A DNA stretch of 64,000 nucleotides from Alphaproteobacteria bacterium. GTDB taxonomy: Bacteria > Pseudomonadota > Alphaproteobacteria > Micavibrionales > Micavibrionaceae. The position numbers were made by a program, and so were the translations under genes. This document shows positions 45,664-55,040 of this stretch, one piece after another. The stretch covers positions 21,293 to 85,292 of the forward strand of contig JADLAT010000002.1 in the NCBI GenBank assembly GCA_020848095.1. Direction: 5' to 3'. Positions within the stretch are counted from its first letter, which is position 1, and every line of letters begins with the position of its first letter. The notes beneath the pieces were generated by a model. It worked only from the letters and a program-made list of their open reading frames with translations, did not search any database and was not told the DNA's origin.

Positions 45664-46743
45664 TTATTTTTTGGCCGGCTTTACAGGCTTGTCCGGCGCC
45701 TCCACCCGAAAAATAATTTTGACGGATTTCTCCGCCCGCAAAGGGCGTTCAATAATCACCCCGCCCAACGTCCGCTTTCTAAACAGATCGCTATGAAGGA
45801 GATCGGAAAAAATCCCCTCCAGACGCTCCAGACGCGGCGCGTAGTCACGCTGCAGACCCAGAGTCCGGATCGCCTTGCACAAACACCGGAAGGCAATCTC
45901 TTCAGGCTGCTCTTTAAAGACACCAAAATCAAATTCGATGCGGCTCGTATCGTTTACCATCGCCATCTGCATGTACGACTTTTCGGTAACGATTTCAAGA
46001 GCCTCTCTGGCACGGGACATACGGCGCGCCGTTGCACAAAGCCGGGAGGAACTTAATCCCTCGCGCTCTAAAACCGCCCGCGCCCGGCGCACACGTACAC
46101 GGGCAAATGCTTCATATTCATTGGATGAATCCATAACAAAAGGCACATTGGCCTGTCGGCATGTCTCCAACAATCGCGCCTTGGGAATACTCAACAAAGG
46201 CCGCAATACGGTAATACCGTCCAGAACCTGCGCCGGGCGCATCCCCGCCAAACCATCCAGGCCGCTACCGCCGGCAAGACGAAGCAAAAATGTTTCCGCC
46301 TGATCATCCTGATGGTGTCCTGCAAATAAAAATCGTGAACCCTGCGCCGCACATTGTTCCGCCATCAAGGCATAACGCGCCTTACGAGCCTTCTCTTGAA
46401 TACGATTTTCAACTTTTTCGTGATGCCACTTCATTATAGCGGGCTGGATGTGTGGCCATAGCCGGAGTGTTTCTTGAATCTGCGCCGCTTCATCTGCCGA
46501 TTCCGCCCGCAATCCGTGATCAACAATCAAAGCCTGTATAATCGGTACCCTGCACTGCATATTGGCCCAGCGGGAGAGCAAAAAGGCCAGCGCCATACTA
46601 TCCGGGCCACCCGATACCGCCACCGAGAGCACCGCCTGATCGGAGATATCCGCCGCAAAGGGCTCCAGAAGCGCCGTAAATTCCTGTAGTGTTAACGCAC
46701 TCATAATTGCCTTTTGCGCAGAAGACAAAGCCTCAGCAGCCAA
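45664..46743 (-). CDS. tilS: tRNA(Ile)-lysidine synthase
   Basis: PP-loop SGGPDS. Sits between cpoB and ftsH. The start may instead be ATG 46704. Confidence 0.9.
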   Translation of the reverse strand: MAAEALSSAQKAIMSALTLQEFTALLEPFAADISDQAVLSVAVSGGPDSMALAFLLSRWANMQCRVPIIQALIVDHGLRAESADEAAQIQETLRLWPHIQPAIMKWHHEKVENRIQEKARKARYALMAEQCAAQGSRFLFAGHHQDDQAETFLLRLAGGSGLDGLAGMRPAQVLDGITVLRPLLSIPKARLLETCRQANVPFVMDSSNEYEAFARVRVRRARAVLEREGLSSSRLCATARRMSRAREALEIVTEKSYMQMAMVNDTSRIEFDFGVFKEQPEEIAFRCLCKAIRTLGLQRDYAPRLERLEGIFSDLLHSDLFRKRTLGGVIIERPLRAEKSVKIIFRVEAPDKPVKPAKK

Positions 46744-47701
46744 TACGCGTCATTTCCTGCCCGGCACGACGGATAACGGGGGCTGCGCCCGCAATATTCT
46801 CATTTTGCAATTGCCGAAGCGCTATACAGGCGTCATCTTTATGACCCAAAGCGTGCAGGGAAAGCCCCAGCTTCAGCAAATTATCAGCAGCCTTCGAGCC
46901 CTTCGGATATTCCTTGTACCCTTCTGCGAATATGCGGGCGGAATCTTCGTATTTACCCTTCGCGTAATATGCCTCACCCAGCCAATATTTGGCATTCCCC
47001 GCCAGAACATGGTCCGGGTAACGCTTTAAAAAATCCTCAAAACCGCTCCGGGCCGAATCAAAATCACCGCTCTTGATCATCGCAAAGGCATTCTCATACG
47101 CCATCGCCGCATCATCCGAAGACGGCAAGGAGCGAGATGTGGAGCCCGACGAACTATCCGCACCGCGCGCCGCACCGGATGTGCCCCAGCGATAACCCTC
47201 ATCTTGCGATTCCGCTGGAGCCCCCTCAAAAGCCCGCTCCTGATTCGGCACATCATTCACATAACCATGATCTCCAGAGCCGCTCCTGCTATTAGAAGCG
47301 CCACCGCGCCCCTCAAGCTCGTTCAACCGAAGCTCCATATCCCCCGTTGCCCGCTCTAACTGATCACGCAACTGGCGTATTTCATGTGACTGCTCTTCAA
47401 CGCGGCCACGCATTTCCTGCAAATCCGCCTCCATACGCTGCAAACGAACTTCCATATCTGCGGCATTCGCACTCACGCCCGGAGAAATCGCCCCCGCCGG
47501 AGGCTGCTCCCCCTTGTACAGAGCGCGGCTTAAGGTCTGGATATCATTTTCCATCCGGTTAAGCCGGTTATTCATTTCTCGATCGGATTGCGCCCACGCT
47601 GCCCCCGGCATTACAACCAGACAAATCAACAGCAAAAGACACAAAAGGCCCGGAATACTCCAGGCCTTTTGATCCGAAAATGCACAATAGCCTCTAGCCA
47701 C
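46733..47701 (-). CDS. cpoB: Tol-Pal system protein CpoB/YbgF
   Basis: Signal peptide, coiled coil, C-terminal TPR (YWLGEAYYAKGKYEDSARIF). Immediately downstream of pal. Confidence 0.9.
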   Translation of the reverse strand: MARGYCAFSDQKAWSIPGLLCLLLLICLVVMPGAAWAQSDREMNNRLNRMENDIQTLSRALYKGEQPPAGAISPGVSANAADMEVRLQRMEADLQEMRGRVEEQSHEIRQLRDQLERATGDMELRLNELEGRGGASNSRSGSGDHGYVNDVPNQERAFEGAPAESQDEGYRWGTSGAARGADSSSGSTSRSLPSSDDAAMAYENAFAMIKSGDFDSARSGFEDFLKRYPDHVLAGNAKYWLGEAYYAKGKYEDSARIFAEGYKEYPKGSKAADNLLKLGLSLHALGHKDDACIALRQLQNENIAGAAPVIRRAGQEMTRIGC

Positions 47702-47727
47702 TGGCTTCTCCTTTTTTATAAATTATC

Positions 47728-48240
47728 CTAATCGACCTTGGTCACACCACGGCGATTTTGTGCGAAAGACGTCTCATCACTACCCGGTACAGCAGGACGT
47801 TCCTTGCCGTAGCTGATGGTGTTAATACGATTCGCAGCAACACCGGAGGCCACCAGAAAGTTTTTCACGGAGTTTGCACGACGCTCGCCCAGAGCAAGGT
47901 TGTATTCCCGTGTACCGCGCTCATCAGAGTGACCTTCAACCGTCACGTTCAGGTTAGGGTACTGCTGCAACCAGGAAGCCTGCTTGTTCAAAGTCATCTG
48001 CGCTTCGCTGCTGATATCATAACGGTCATAGCCGAAGAACACACGGTCGCCGACATTCACAACCAGATCAGCCTGCGTACCGGGCGCTGCGCCGCCTTGC
48101 ATGTCGCCTTGATAGGATTCATCAAACGGGGCGGAAGCCATTCCATCTTGATTGGTAACGAGCATATCCTCAGCCGCCGGATCATCCGAAGAACAGGCCG
48201 AAACCGTAAACATTACGGCAGCAACCAGACACAAACGCAT
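47728..48240 (-). CDS. pal: Peptidoglycan-associated lipoprotein Pal
   Basis: Start taken at MRLCLVAAVMFTVSAC (lipobox). OmpA-like domain VEGHSDERGTREYNLALGERRA. Confidence 0.93.
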   Translation of the reverse strand: MRLCLVAAVMFTVSACSSDDPAAEDMLVTNQDGMASAPFDESYQGDMQGGAAPGTQADLVVNVGDRVFFGYDRYDISSEAQMTLNKQASWLQQYPNLNVTVEGHSDERGTREYNLALGERRANSVKNFLVASGVAANRINTISYGKERPAVPGSDETSFAQNRRGVTKVD

Positions 48241-48430
48241 CAAAGGCGAACGATTTTTAGAGACTTGACGGGATACAGAGAGATACATGAGGTTTTCTCC
48301 TTAAAAAAAACTGTTTTTGTAATGGGCCCCTGCAAAAGGCACGTTGTTATATCTTGCAATGACAAAAGTATTAGCACGTACGCACAAGGACGCAAGAGTG
48401 TTCCGCAAACAGAATGAAAATAATCGTGAT

Positions 48431-49288
48431 TCAATTCAACGCATCAACCAATTGCCGTAAAAAAAGCTCCGCTTCCCGGCGCTCCACCGGGTCCGGTGTT
48501 TGCGCAACATACCGCTCTAACATGCCGATTGCCGCCACTGGCTGCCCGGTGCGGGCGTATAAAACCCCGGCATCCAGAAACAATCTGTATTCCTCCGGCG
48601 CAAAAAGGCGCATCCGCTCAACCGTTTTCAAAGCGGCGTCATAATCCTCCAACTCGACCTGACGACTTTTAATGTTGTTCTGAAGCCGCAACAAAATTTC
48701 CCGATTCTCGGCAGATTCGTAATACGAAGCCGAAAGCTCAGCCTGCGGTCCCAGGGCTTTCTTCACCAGAAATCTTAAATCCGGAGCCTCCAGCAACCGG
48801 CACGAATCAAAGGGATCAAAAAGCGCCCTCTGACCAGCCTTTTCAATCCGGCAGACAAAATGGCCGGGAATATTCAAACCATCCATATGCCATCCCTGCG
48901 CGCGCGCCACGTGAATATAAAGAATACACAGCACAACAGGCAGCCCCAGACTCCGATCAATCGTACAAATCAGGCTCGCATTTTGTAAATCATCATAATG
49001 GCGAACATCCCCCGTATAGCCATGAGAATCATATAAAATATGTTTAAGCGCCGCCAACTGGGTCATCACATCATCAACGGCCCCGCCCTCCAGCAAATGA
49101 AGGTGTCGTTCCCCCACCTCAGCCACAAGCCTCTTTAAATGATGAAAATACGGCCCCGGCGAAATCCCCGGCCTATCCAGAAGTGCCAAAGCCAGCGCCG
49201 CTTGCGCCAGATCAATTTCCTGATCCGGCAAAGCCCCGACTAAAGAGAGATAATGCTCCGGGTCAAATAATTGCGCCTGATCCATCAC
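48431..49288 (-). CDS. SirB1/YchA-family protein (transglutaminase-like N-domain plus TPR)
   Basis: GLPVVLCILYIHVARAQGW...GHFVCR pattern and a C-terminal TPR-like helical region. Confidence 0.7.
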   Translation of the reverse strand: MMDQAQLFDPEHYLSLVGALPDQEIDLAQAALALALLDRPGISPGPYFHHLKRLVAEVGERHLHLLEGGAVDDVMTQLAALKHILYDSHGYTGDVRHYDDLQNASLICTIDRSLGLPVVLCILYIHVARAQGWHMDGLNIPGHFVCRIEKAGQRALFDPFDSCRLLEAPDLRFLVKKALGPQAELSASYYESAENREILLRLQNNIKSRQVELEDYDAALKTVERMRLFAPEEYRLFLDAGVLYARTGQPVAAIGMLERYVAQTPDPVERREAELFLRQLVDALN

Positions 49289-49299
49289 CTCGTCCTCAC

Positions 49300-50115
49300 T
49301 CAGTTCAGAACCTCACTTTCAATACCCTGCCTTTGCATTCCACCGGAAGAGGACGTAGGCACATTATAAGCGGGCGCTTCGTAAGAGGACGGTGCTGGCG
49401 AATTTTCCTGACCATAACTCTGCGTCTGCGTGCCGTAACTTTGCGACTCATAATTCTGTACCGGAGCCGCCGCAGGAGAAGCACTATACCCCGCATTATT
49501 GCTGTTCACACTTCCCGAATCGCCCAGATCACCCCCGACAAATTTAACGTAGCTCACCACGTTTTTAACGCCATTTATCGTGCGCGCCTTTTCCAAAACG
49601 AGATTAAGCTCCAGCTTATCCTGCGCGTATCCCATAAGATAAACAGTGCCCTGCACCGTATCGATCGAATAATTGATCGACTGCACTTTCTTGTCAAAAA
49701 TCAAAGCCGTCCGCAGACGTGCAGAAATCCAGGTATCCTTGGCATAGCCGGTAATGCCCTCGCTATTGGCCACACGAATTTCATTTATAACCTGTTTAAC
49801 GCCCTTGGGCTGCCATGCCAGCCTCACCGCCTCGACCCGGTGTTCCGGATTTTGGACAACCCCGGTAATCAGGACGCGGCCCTCATTAATCGTCAAATCC
49901 AGCTTGGAAAACATATCAACGTTAGAGCGAAACCACAGATCGTTAATTTCCACCTGAATGCGGGCATCCGTCGCCGCGCGCGACAAACCACCCTCCTGTG
50001 CGGCGGCAACGCCCATCGTTGCCCCTACGCCGGCGGCAACCCCGACCGGGGCGCAAGCGGGCAAAACAAGAACCAGAGCCAAAGCTGTAGCAATCAAACC
50101 GAAATTTTTGTGCAT
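49300..50115 (-). CDS. BON-domain lipoprotein (DolP/YraP-like)
   Basis: Start taken at MHKNFGLIATALALVLVLPAC (lipobox). Two BON-like segments, with a low-complexity C-terminus. Confidence 0.75.
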   Translation of the reverse strand: MHKNFGLIATALALVLVLPACAPVGVAAGVGATMGVAAAQEGGLSRAATDARIQVEINDLWFRSNVDMFSKLDLTINEGRVLITGVVQNPEHRVEAVRLAWQPKGVKQVINEIRVANSEGITGYAKDTWISARLRTALIFDKKVQSINYSIDTVQGTVYLMGYAQDKLELNLVLEKARTINGVKNVVSYVKFVGGDLGDSGSVNSNNAGYSASPAAAPVQNYESQSYGTQTQSYGQENSPAPSSYEAPAYNVPTSSSGGMQRQGIESEVLN

Positions 50116-50167
50116 GATAAAAAACCAATCTGAAAGATGATCCGGGATAAACAAGATACAGGTTTCA

Positions 50168-50539
50168 TTATTGTCCTTCAAACCACGCATTGTCCAGATG
50201 CAGAACGGAAATAGCCCCCGAAACTGCGACAACGTCAAAACTCAGACTAAAATCGACATATAAAGGATGAGCAGCCAGAAAATACCGGGCCGCCTTTTCA
50301 ATCCGCCGCCGACCTTGCGGCCTCACCGCCTCCAGAGCGTCCCCAACCGCCGCGCGGGCTTTCACCTCGACGATAGCCAGATGGTTTTTCCTGCGGGCGA
50401 TTATATCAATCTCACCAACGGGCGTTTTATACCGCCGCCTGAGGATCTTATACCCCTTAAGGCACAGCCAGAGCGCGGCAACCGTTTCGGCCCACAGCCC
50501 GTAATCATAGCTTTTGCGCAGATCCCCCATCGTGTTCAC
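50168..50539 (-). CDS. yraN: YraN-family (UPF0102) endonuclease-like protein
   Basis: GEIDIIARRKNHLAIVEVKAR core motif. Confidence 0.85.
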   Translation of the reverse strand: MNTMGDLRKSYDYGLWAETVAALWLCLKGYKILRRRYKTPVGEIDIIARRKNHLAIVEVKARAAVGDALEAVRPQGRRRIEKAARYFLAAHPLYVDFSLSFDVVAVSGAISVLHLDNAWFEGQ

Positions 50540-51420
50540 TTCACATCCAGCGCCAAAGCCATGGCATAAAGCGTTTTACGAGGAACGCCGGTTTGCACGC
50601 TGATAAAGGCCGCGGCATCTTTTGTCCCCATCCGCAGGAGAGCGTCTTTCAGCAACACCTCCAGAGTCTCGGTAGAATGAGCCTCCAGCGCAGGCGGCGC
50701 AATCACCAGCACAATCTCCCCCTTGGGCAGACCGTTTTGCGTATAATGAGCGATCAACGCCTCCGGCTCGTCCAGCCTGATTTCCTCAAACATTTTGGTA
50801 AGCTCCCGCGCCACCGCAACGCGCCGCCCTCCTAATACATCTTGAATATCGGCCAGACTTTTTAATAAACGGGGAGCCGTCTCAAAGGCAAGCAATGTTC
50901 CGGGCGCCGTTTTCCACTCCGCCAGCAAAGCCCGGCGCGCGCCGGATTTTGGCGGTAAAAATCCAATAAAGGAAAATCGGTCCGAAGGTAGACCGGAAAG
51001 CTGCAACGCTGTTACGGGCGCGCTCGCACCCGGAACACTGGTAACATAAAGCCCGGCGGCCCTGATCTCCTCCGCAAGCCTGTACCCGGGATCGGAAATA
51101 AGAGGCGTCCCGGCATCACTCAACAGCGCCAGCGCCTCACCGCTTTCAATTCTCTCAATGATGGCCTTACGCTTTTTATCATCGCTGTGATCGTTATAAA
51201 CCACCAGCTTCGCCCGTATATTATAGCGAGAGAGCAACTTGCCGGAAACCCGCGTGTCCTCACATAAAACAGCCGAAACCGCCGCCAGCGTATCCAGCGC
51301 CCGCAAGCTCACATCACCCATATTGCCTATAGGGCCGGAAACGAGATACAACCCCGGCCTCAGAGCGCCAATGCGTGAATCGGGTAGTAGCCAGCCACGT
51401 TCTTTTTCTGTAGTGTGCAT
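50536..51420 (-). CDS. rsmI: 16S rRNA (cytidine1402-2'-O)-methyltransferase RsmI
   Basis: GLYLVSGPIGNMGDVSLRAL....LCEDTR. The start is taken at ATG 51420/51426. The ORF track start at 51687 would overlap the divergent promoter. Confidence 0.9.
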   Translation of the reverse strand: MHTTEKERGWLLPDSRIGALRPGLYLVSGPIGNMGDVSLRALDTLAAVSAVLCEDTRVSGKLLSRYNIRAKLVVYNDHSDDKKRKAIIERIESGEALALLSDAGTPLISDPGYRLAEEIRAAGLYVTSVPGASAPVTALQLSGLPSDRFSFIGFLPPKSGARRALLAEWKTAPGTLLAFETAPRLLKSLADIQDVLGGRRVAVARELTKMFEEIRLDEPEALIAHYTQNGLPKGEIVLVIAPPALEAHSTETLEVLLKDALLRMGTKDAAAFISVQTGVPRKTLYAMALALDVK

Positions 51421-51523
51421 ATACATCCTTGATATAACCATAGTGAACAATTTTGAAATCCGTGGAAAGCCGTATTTATAAAAACAAACGCGCATTCCGG
51501 GAATATTTTCAGGAAGATTTAAA

Positions 51524-52774
51524 ATGAGACCTGCCGGATCGCACCTGACTGCCGCTTTGTTTTCAATCGTTGCCATAGGGCTGTTAAGCGCCTGCGGTGG
51601 CAACAATACGCCGCGAAGCGCCGGCCCACGGGCGGAAATGCAAACGCCATCAACCGGGGCACAAACCCCCATGAACGCCATGAACACGCCCGGGGCGCAC
51701 GATCTTCCGCCCGTAAAGGTGGGGATTCTCCTCCCCCTCAGCGGTCAAAACGCCGCGCTGGGTGCGGCCATGCTTCAATCGGCGCAATTGGCCCTTTTCG
51801 ATACCGGCTATACGAACTTCGAGCTAATCCCGCGCGATACCGGCGATTCGCCGGACACAGCCCGGCAAGCGGCGCAATCGGCCATCGCTGACGGGGCGCA
51901 GCTGATCCTGGGCCCCATATTCTCCGCCTCCGTACGGGCTGTAAAACCTGTCACTGAAAACGCTCGCATTGGCATGATTGCTTTTTCCAACGATTGGAAA
52001 TTAACGGGAGGCAATACCTACATCATGGGCTTCACCCCCTTTGATCAGGTAGAGCGAATCACAGACTACGCCGCCAGAAAAAATATCCAAAGAGTTGCCG
52101 TACTTTCTCCGGCGGATGAATATGGTCAGGCCGTCACTGGTGCCTTCTCGGCACTGGCGCCGCGCTACGGCATAAGCATCCCGGCAAAGGCGAGCTTTCC
52201 AGCCAACGGCACTAATTTTGAACCGATCATACAAAAATTCTCCCCCGCCGCGGCGCAGGCGCAGGCGCTCCTCCTCCCGGCAGACACACGCCTGAGCGCC
52301 AGTCTCTCCGAACGCTTTAGCGCCGCTGGGCTTCCCCCCTCACGGCTAAAACGTCTGGGCACCGGGCTGCTGGATGAAAACGGACAAAACGATGCCATCG
52401 CCCGCAATCCCGCCCTGCAGGGCACGTGGTTCGCGGCGCCGCCTACCGCTCTACGGGACCAGTTTGAACAGCGCTACCGCGCAACCTACGGCAGCACACC
52501 ACCAAGACTGACAACGCTCGCCTATGACGCCACAGCCCTTGCGGCCGCCCTTGCGCGCAAGGGGTTTGAAAGCGGAACAAATGCACCGGCATACAATCGT
52601 AACGCTATAACCGATCCAAATGGCTTTTCCGGCCTCGATGGTATTTTCCGTTTCCGGTCTGACGGGCGCGCGGAACGTGGGCTCGCCGTTTTTGAATTTC
52701 AAAACGGACGCCGCGTCATAATCGAGGATGCACCAAGAACGTTCCAAACGCCAAACCAGACACCCCGCTCGTAA
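51524..52774 (+). CDS. Penicillin-binding protein activator-like lipoprotein (LpoA/LppC C-domain type, type-1 periplasmic binding fold)
   Basis: Lipobox LLSAC. Leu/Ile/Val-binding-protein-like fold (KVGILLPLSG). Divergent from rsmI, as in the E. coli yraL-yraM arrangement. Confidence 0.7.
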   Translation: MRPAGSHLTAALFSIVAIGLLSACGGNNTPRSAGPRAEMQTPSTGAQTPMNAMNTPGAHDLPPVKVGILLPLSGQNAALGAAMLQSAQLALFDTGYTNFELIPRDTGDSPDTARQAAQSAIADGAQLILGPIFSASVRAVKPVTENARIGMIAFSNDWKLTGGNTYIMGFTPFDQVERITDYAARKNIQRVAVLSPADEYGQAVTGAFSALAPRYGISIPAKASFPANGTNFEPIIQKFSPAAAQAQALLLPADTRLSASLSERFSAAGLPPSRLKRLGTGLLDENGQNDAIARNPALQGTWFAAPPTALRDQFEQRYRATYGSTPPRLTTLAYDATALAAALARKGFESGTNAPAYNRNAITDPNGFSGLDGIFRFRSDGRAERGLAVFEFQNGRRVIIEDAPRTFQTPNQTPRS

Positions 52775-52990
52775 GTATTTGAAAAGACGTACACGCCTAT
52801 TTTCTGCTAAAACTCAAGAAGAATTTGTGCACAATAGTGCAAATAAAATTCAAAATATTCCTGCTCGCACTCTTGCCTTTTGAGAAAAAAAACGACATTC
52901 TTCCAAAAAAAATTATACGTTTTTATAAAATACGATACGGCCAGTATAGAAATACAGATTTAAGACCTTTCAAAATATTTAAAAGGATGT

Positions 52991-53632
52991 GTGATGATAG
53001 AAGCAGCGCTTGATAACGAAGATCACAACGAAGAATCTACGGATAATCAAATAGGCCCCCTGACAAAAAAGGGCCGACCGCGCAGCACCCAATCTAAAAA
53101 AGCCATCCTAAAAGCCACCAACAGCCTCCTGCTGCATATGACGGTGCAGGATCTCTCAATCGAAGCCATCGCCAAACGCGCCAAAGTTGGAAAAACTACA
53201 ATTTATCGCTGGTGGCCCAATAAAACCGCCGTCGTGATGGAAGCCCTCATCAGCCAGCCCGGCATACAAAGCCCGCTGCCTACGCCAAAAAACAATGCCG
53301 AGGCCATCATCATGCAGCTCGATAAATTGATTCGCCTGCTCAACTCTAAAAACGGGGAAACAATTTCTCAGCTTTTCAGTGAGGCGCAAAGTGATAAGAC
53401 AGCCCATAATATTTTCACCGGAACCTTCCTCTCCCCCCTCATCGATGCCATTGAATTCAGCGTCGAACAAGGCATGCAGGACAAGGAATTTCGATCCACG
53501 CTCAATATAAAAATGGCCGTGGATATCTTATGCGGCCCCATCTTTTTCCGCCTCATGGCCCATCCATCCGATCTGGATGACGAATTCAGGGAAAACTACC
53601 CCAAGGAAGCCATACGCCTGATCAGTGCTTAA
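52991..53632 (+). CDS. TetR/AcrR-family transcriptional regulator
   Basis: N-terminal HTH: SIEAIAKRAKVGKTTIYRWWPNK. Confidence 0.9.
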   Translation: MMIEAALDNEDHNEESTDNQIGPLTKKGRPRSTQSKKAILKATNSLLLHMTVQDLSIEAIAKRAKVGKTTIYRWWPNKTAVVMEALISQPGIQSPLPTPKNNAEAIIMQLDKLIRLLNSKNGETISQLFSEAQSDKTAHNIFTGTFLSPLIDAIEFSVEQGMQDKEFRSTLNIKMAVDILCGPIFFRLMAHPSDLDDEFRENYPKEAIRLISA

Positions 53633-53644
53633 AATCTGAGTTTT

Positions 53645-54190
53645 TTAAACGGCGGCGGCGACAGGAAAAGCCTGCTCCGCATCCAGTATCGCAGCCAAGG
53701 CATGCACAACGGAGGCAACACGTACAGCTGTTTGAATCTGCTCCGCCGGGACATTATGGGCCTTAAGCCCCGCCTCGTGCGAATCAATGCACATACCGCA
53801 GCCATTAATTGCCGACACGGCCAAAGACCACAGCTCAAAATCAACCTTATCCACGCCGGGCCGGGCCAGCGCGTTCATCCGCAATTTAGCGGGAATCGTG
53901 GAATACTCTTCATTCGAGGCCAGATGCACAAACCGGTAATAGATATTATTCATTGCCATAATGGATGCGGCCGTCCGTGCGGCGTTCAAGGCCTCCGGCG
54001 TAAGCTTTTCTGCCGCCACCGCGCCAATCTCGGCAATCACCTGCGCTTGGCGTGTCGCCAGTGCGGAAACAAGGAAAGTACCCCAAAGCTGTTGCTGCGT
54101 AAGCGTTTCATCATCGGCCAGCGAAGAAAAATTAAGCTTTATATCTTTCGCATAATCCGGAACAAGGGCTTTTAGGGTTTCTATAGACAT
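53645..54190 (-). CDS. ahpD: Alkyl hydroperoxide reductase AhpD
   Basis: Start taken at MSIETLKALVPDYAKDIKLN. CxxC motif GCGMCIDSH. Downstream of ahpC. Confidence 0.9.
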   Translation of the reverse strand: MSIETLKALVPDYAKDIKLNFSSLADDETLTQQQLWGTFLVSALATRQAQVIAEIGAVAAEKLTPEALNAARTAASIMAMNNIYYRFVHLASNEEYSTIPAKLRMNALARPGVDKVDFELWSLAVSAINGCGMCIDSHEAGLKAHNVPAEQIQTAVRVASVVHALAAILDAEQAFPVAAAV

Positions 54191-54285
54191 AGCGGGGCCT
54201 TCATACATGTCTTTTAAGGGATCGGACGAAGCGAAAAAGCCAAATCATGGCCAGCCCGCTCCGTCCGCATCAACATTTTCAAAAA

Positions 54286-54867
54286 TTAAGCGGCTATTTT
54301 CTCAGCTTCCGCAGAAACATTAATCGTCTCGCCGCCCACAGCCCGGTTACAAGGGCAGAGCTCATCGGATTGCAACGCATCCAAAATACGCAAAATTTCC
54401 TTTGGATTCCGGCCAACATTCAACCCATTAACCGAAACATGTTGAATCACATTATGGGGGTCGACAATAAACGTCGCCCGCAAGGCAACGCCGGCTTGCA
54501 AATCCCGAATGCCCAGCGCATCCACCAATGAACCATTTGTATCGGCAAAGGACCATTGAGCAAGGCTTTCAAGATCTTTATGCTCCCGGCGCCAGGCCAG
54601 CTTACAAAACTCATTATCCGTCGAGCCGCCCAGAACAACACAATCCCGGTCTGAAAATTCACCATTAAGGCGCGCAAACTCTGCAATTTCCGTAGGGCAG
54701 ATAAAAGTGAAATCCTTGGGATAGAAGAAGAAAACCTTCCACTGTCCTTCAAAGCTTTTCTCTGTAATATCTTCAAACGCAGACTGACCGTTTTCCTCAT
54801 GCTTGTTAAAGCCGGGTTTTACGCCCTTGATTTTAAATTCTGGAAGTTTTTCACCGATACCGAGCAT
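54286..54867 (-). CDS. ahpC: Peroxiredoxin AhpC (2-Cys)
   Basis: FFFYPKDFTFICPTEI peroxidatic-Cys motif. Confidence 0.95.
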   Translation of the reverse strand: MLGIGEKLPEFKIKGVKPGFNKHEENGQSAFEDITEKSFEGQWKVFFFYPKDFTFICPTEIAEFARLNGEFSDRDCVVLGGSTDNEFCKLAWRREHKDLESLAQWSFADTNGSLVDALGIRDLQAGVALRATFIVDPHNVIQHVSVNGLNVGRNPKEILRILDALQSDELCPCNRAVGGETINVSAEAEKIAA

Positions 54868-55040
54868 TTTTTTCTCCTAAAAATATGAAACGAAAGCTTA
54901 AACCCCCGCGTTGCGCTGCAACTGACCAAAGGACAAAAAGACCCTGCACGGATTCACATCAAAAATCCAACAAGAAATTTCACTACTCTTTATTTAAAAA
55001 ATCGATACTAAATATAATTATATTTTGATATTATCAATGA

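Noticed and set aside
49183-50133. A 316-aa plus-strand ORF spanning the SirB1-like/BON gene junction.
   Set aside because: It is antisense to two well-supported genes. Its translation is Arg/Pro/Ile-rich with no motifs.
52800-52990. A possible TetR operator (TTTGTGCACAATAGTGCAAA) upstream of the TetR gene.
   Set aside because: There is only an imperfect dyad around a GTGCAC core, with no second supporting feature. Support is too weak to list it as a regulatory site.
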